From: Candidatus Saccharimonadota bacterium
GTDB taxonomy: Bacteria; Patescibacteriota; Gracilibacteria; BD1-5; UBA6164
Length of the DNA: 32,000 nt
NCBI GenBank assembly: GCA_965227835.1
Contig: OZ245768.1
Span: forward strand, 270,001 to 302,000
Direction of reading: 5' to 3'
Shown here: positions 30,551-32,000 of the stretch, piece after piece
Layout of the letters: the number at the start of each line of letters is the position of its first letter
How positions within the stretch are numbered: position 1 is the stretch's first letter
Translations under genes and position numbers: made by a program
Notes under the pieces: generated by a model
What the model saw: the letters and a program-made list of their open reading frames with translations, nothing else
Told to the model about the DNA's origin: nothing
Databases searched by the model: none

Positions 30551-30733
30551 AAAATTTATTAATTAAAGAGTGAAGAATTGCTTCTTAATAACAAAAATAA
30601 ATATTTTTCACAATTTCCTTAAATATAGAAGTTTATGAATATTCTCTTTAAAAAAATATAAGTTTTGTTTTTTTTTCAAAATATAAAAATTCAAATCTTT
30701 TCATTAATTCTAAACCTAGAAATTAATTAATTT

Positions 30734-31855
30734 ATGAATATAAAAAATAAAAAAATAGCAATAGTTGCTGACTGGATAAAAGATTTATGAGGTGCTGAAC
30801 TTGTACTTGAAAATCTTATTCATATATTTCCCAATGCTGATATTTTCACTTCTGTTTTTTTTCAAGAAAAAACTAACTTTTTTAAGAACAAAAAAATAAA
30901 AACTAGCTTTATACAAAAAATTCCTTTTTTGGCTAAATCTCATAAATTAGCTTTAATTTTCAGACCTATAGCCTTTGAAAGTTTTGATTTTAGGCCCTAT
31001 GATATAGTTATTAGCTCAAGTAGCGCTGAAAGTAAATGAATAATAACAAAACCAGAAACTTTATTTATCTGTTATTGTCATACTCCTACTCGTTATTTTT
31101 GGAGTCATTACCATGAGTATTTAGGTATGATGGAGTTTTGAAGTATCTTGAATTTTATTTGAAAAAGACTCGCTCCTTTTATTATAAATAAACTAAGAAA
31201 ATGGGATTTTGTAGCTGGACAAAGACCAGATTTTTTTATAGCTAACTCTAAAAACACTCAAAAAAGAATCAAAAGATATTATTGAAGAGAGTCTTTTGTA
31301 ATTTATCCTCCTTTGAAATTAAAAGAATTTAAATTAAAACAAACCAAAAAAGATTTTTATTTATATGTTTGAAGATGTATTCCTTACAAAAAATTTGATT
31401 TATTGGTAGATGCCTTCAACCAAAATGGTAAAAAACTAGTTTTAGTTACAAATACAGATAATAAGCTTTATAGAGATTTAAAAATTAAATCCAATAGCAA
31501 TATATCTTGGAAGTTTAATATCTCAAGAAAAGAAATATGCAAACTCTATTGAGAAGCTAAGGCTTTTTTATTTCCACCAGAAGAAGATTTTTGAATAGTT
31601 GTTTTGGAGGCTATGGCATGTGGTACACCAGTTATAGCTTATAAAAAATGAGGAGCTTTAGAAACTGTAGTACAAAATAAGACTTGAGTTTTTTTTGATG
31701 AACAAAATATAAATTCTCTAAATTCTATTATAAATAAATTTGAAAAAATGAATTTTGATGCTAAAGAAATAAGAAAATATTCCTTATGATTTAGTGATAG
31801 TATTTTTGAAAAAAACATTTTAAATTTTGTTGAAACTAAATATAATAAATGGTAA
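30734..31855 (+). CDS. Glycosyltransferase, GT4 (GT-B fold) family (373 aa)
   Basis: The motifs are [35 protein letters not shown]. The N-terminal IAIVADWIKDLGGAELVLENL is typical of the family. Confidence 0.8.
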
Positions 31856-31894
31856 TATATAGATAGAGTTTAATTTTTAATTTTATAAAAACTT

Positions 31895-32000
31895 ATGACT
31901 ACGGAGGAAAAGTTTGATATAGTTTTATCAAAATTAGATAGTATTGCTTATTGACAGGAATCTCTTGAGAAAAAATTTTGAGTTGTTGAGATAAGACTTT
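31895..32000 (+). CDS. Hypothetical protein, 5' fragment (runs off the window)
   Basis: From the ATG at 31895 the frame is open to the window edge (MTTEEKFDIVLSKLDSIAYGQESLEKKFGVVEIRL...). It is too short to classify. Confidence 0.4.

Noticed and set aside
1-32000. The alternative reading of TGA as tryptophan (translation table 4, Mycoplasma/Spiroplasma type)
   Set aside because: It would give HPFLDWNWRTWR in the Fic loop, WKSWQWKTT and WETWSGKTT in the P-loops, and TWDWW in the ThDP motif. These are invariant Gly positions in well-established families. Trp is separately and normally encoded by TGG.

Overview
This strongly AT-rich bacterial window is only interpretable if TGA is read as glycine (translation table 25, used by Gracilibacteria/BD1-5 and Absconditabacteria/SR1). 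The supplied standard-code ORF track is therefore fragmented and partly antisense to the real genes. I re-translated by hand, with TGA as a sense codon and only TAA/TAG as stops, and recovered about 27 genes packed end to end. Conserved Gly positions in several catalytic motifs are written as TGA: the Fic motif HPFLDGNGRTGR, the Walker A loops of an ABC exporter and an HrpA helicase, and the TGDGG thiamine-diphosphate motif. Housekeeping and accessory content: a secreted amidase_2-SpoIID peptidoglycan hydrolase, DedA, DUF1295 and DUF2177 membrane proteins, a rubredoxin-superoxide reductase fusion, tRNA-Cys(GCA), an ABC exporter, a pirin, HrpA, a class II Fic protein, an acetolactate-synthase-like ThDP enzyme, a sigma-70 family factor, an aldehyde dehydrogenase, a DUF21-CBS protein and two GT4 glycosyltransferases. 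The unusual parts are four. (1) There is a dense mobile-element landscape: two near-identical IS481-like copies, one split by a 216-bp MITE and by the MITE's 1285-bp autonomous parent, plus an IS200-like element whose tnpA is split by a second MITE copy. All three insertions have clean 6-bp target duplications. (2) Two tandem paralogous genes encode a 52-aa (156-bp) helical repeat protein of unknown function. One carries 7 repeats in pairwise-identical order. The other is frameshifted at a T8 tract. Each upstream region has been hit by a different IS. (3) The leader upstream of fic carries a 13+13-bp perfect palindrome and three tandem palindromes of about 34 bp. (4) There is a small Cys-rich peptide gene with its own promoter, plus two dispersed hairpin repeat families. 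I did not recognise any known defence, CRISPR or secretion system. The repeat-protein locus is my best candidate for something undescribed, and its function cannot be inferred from sequence alone.
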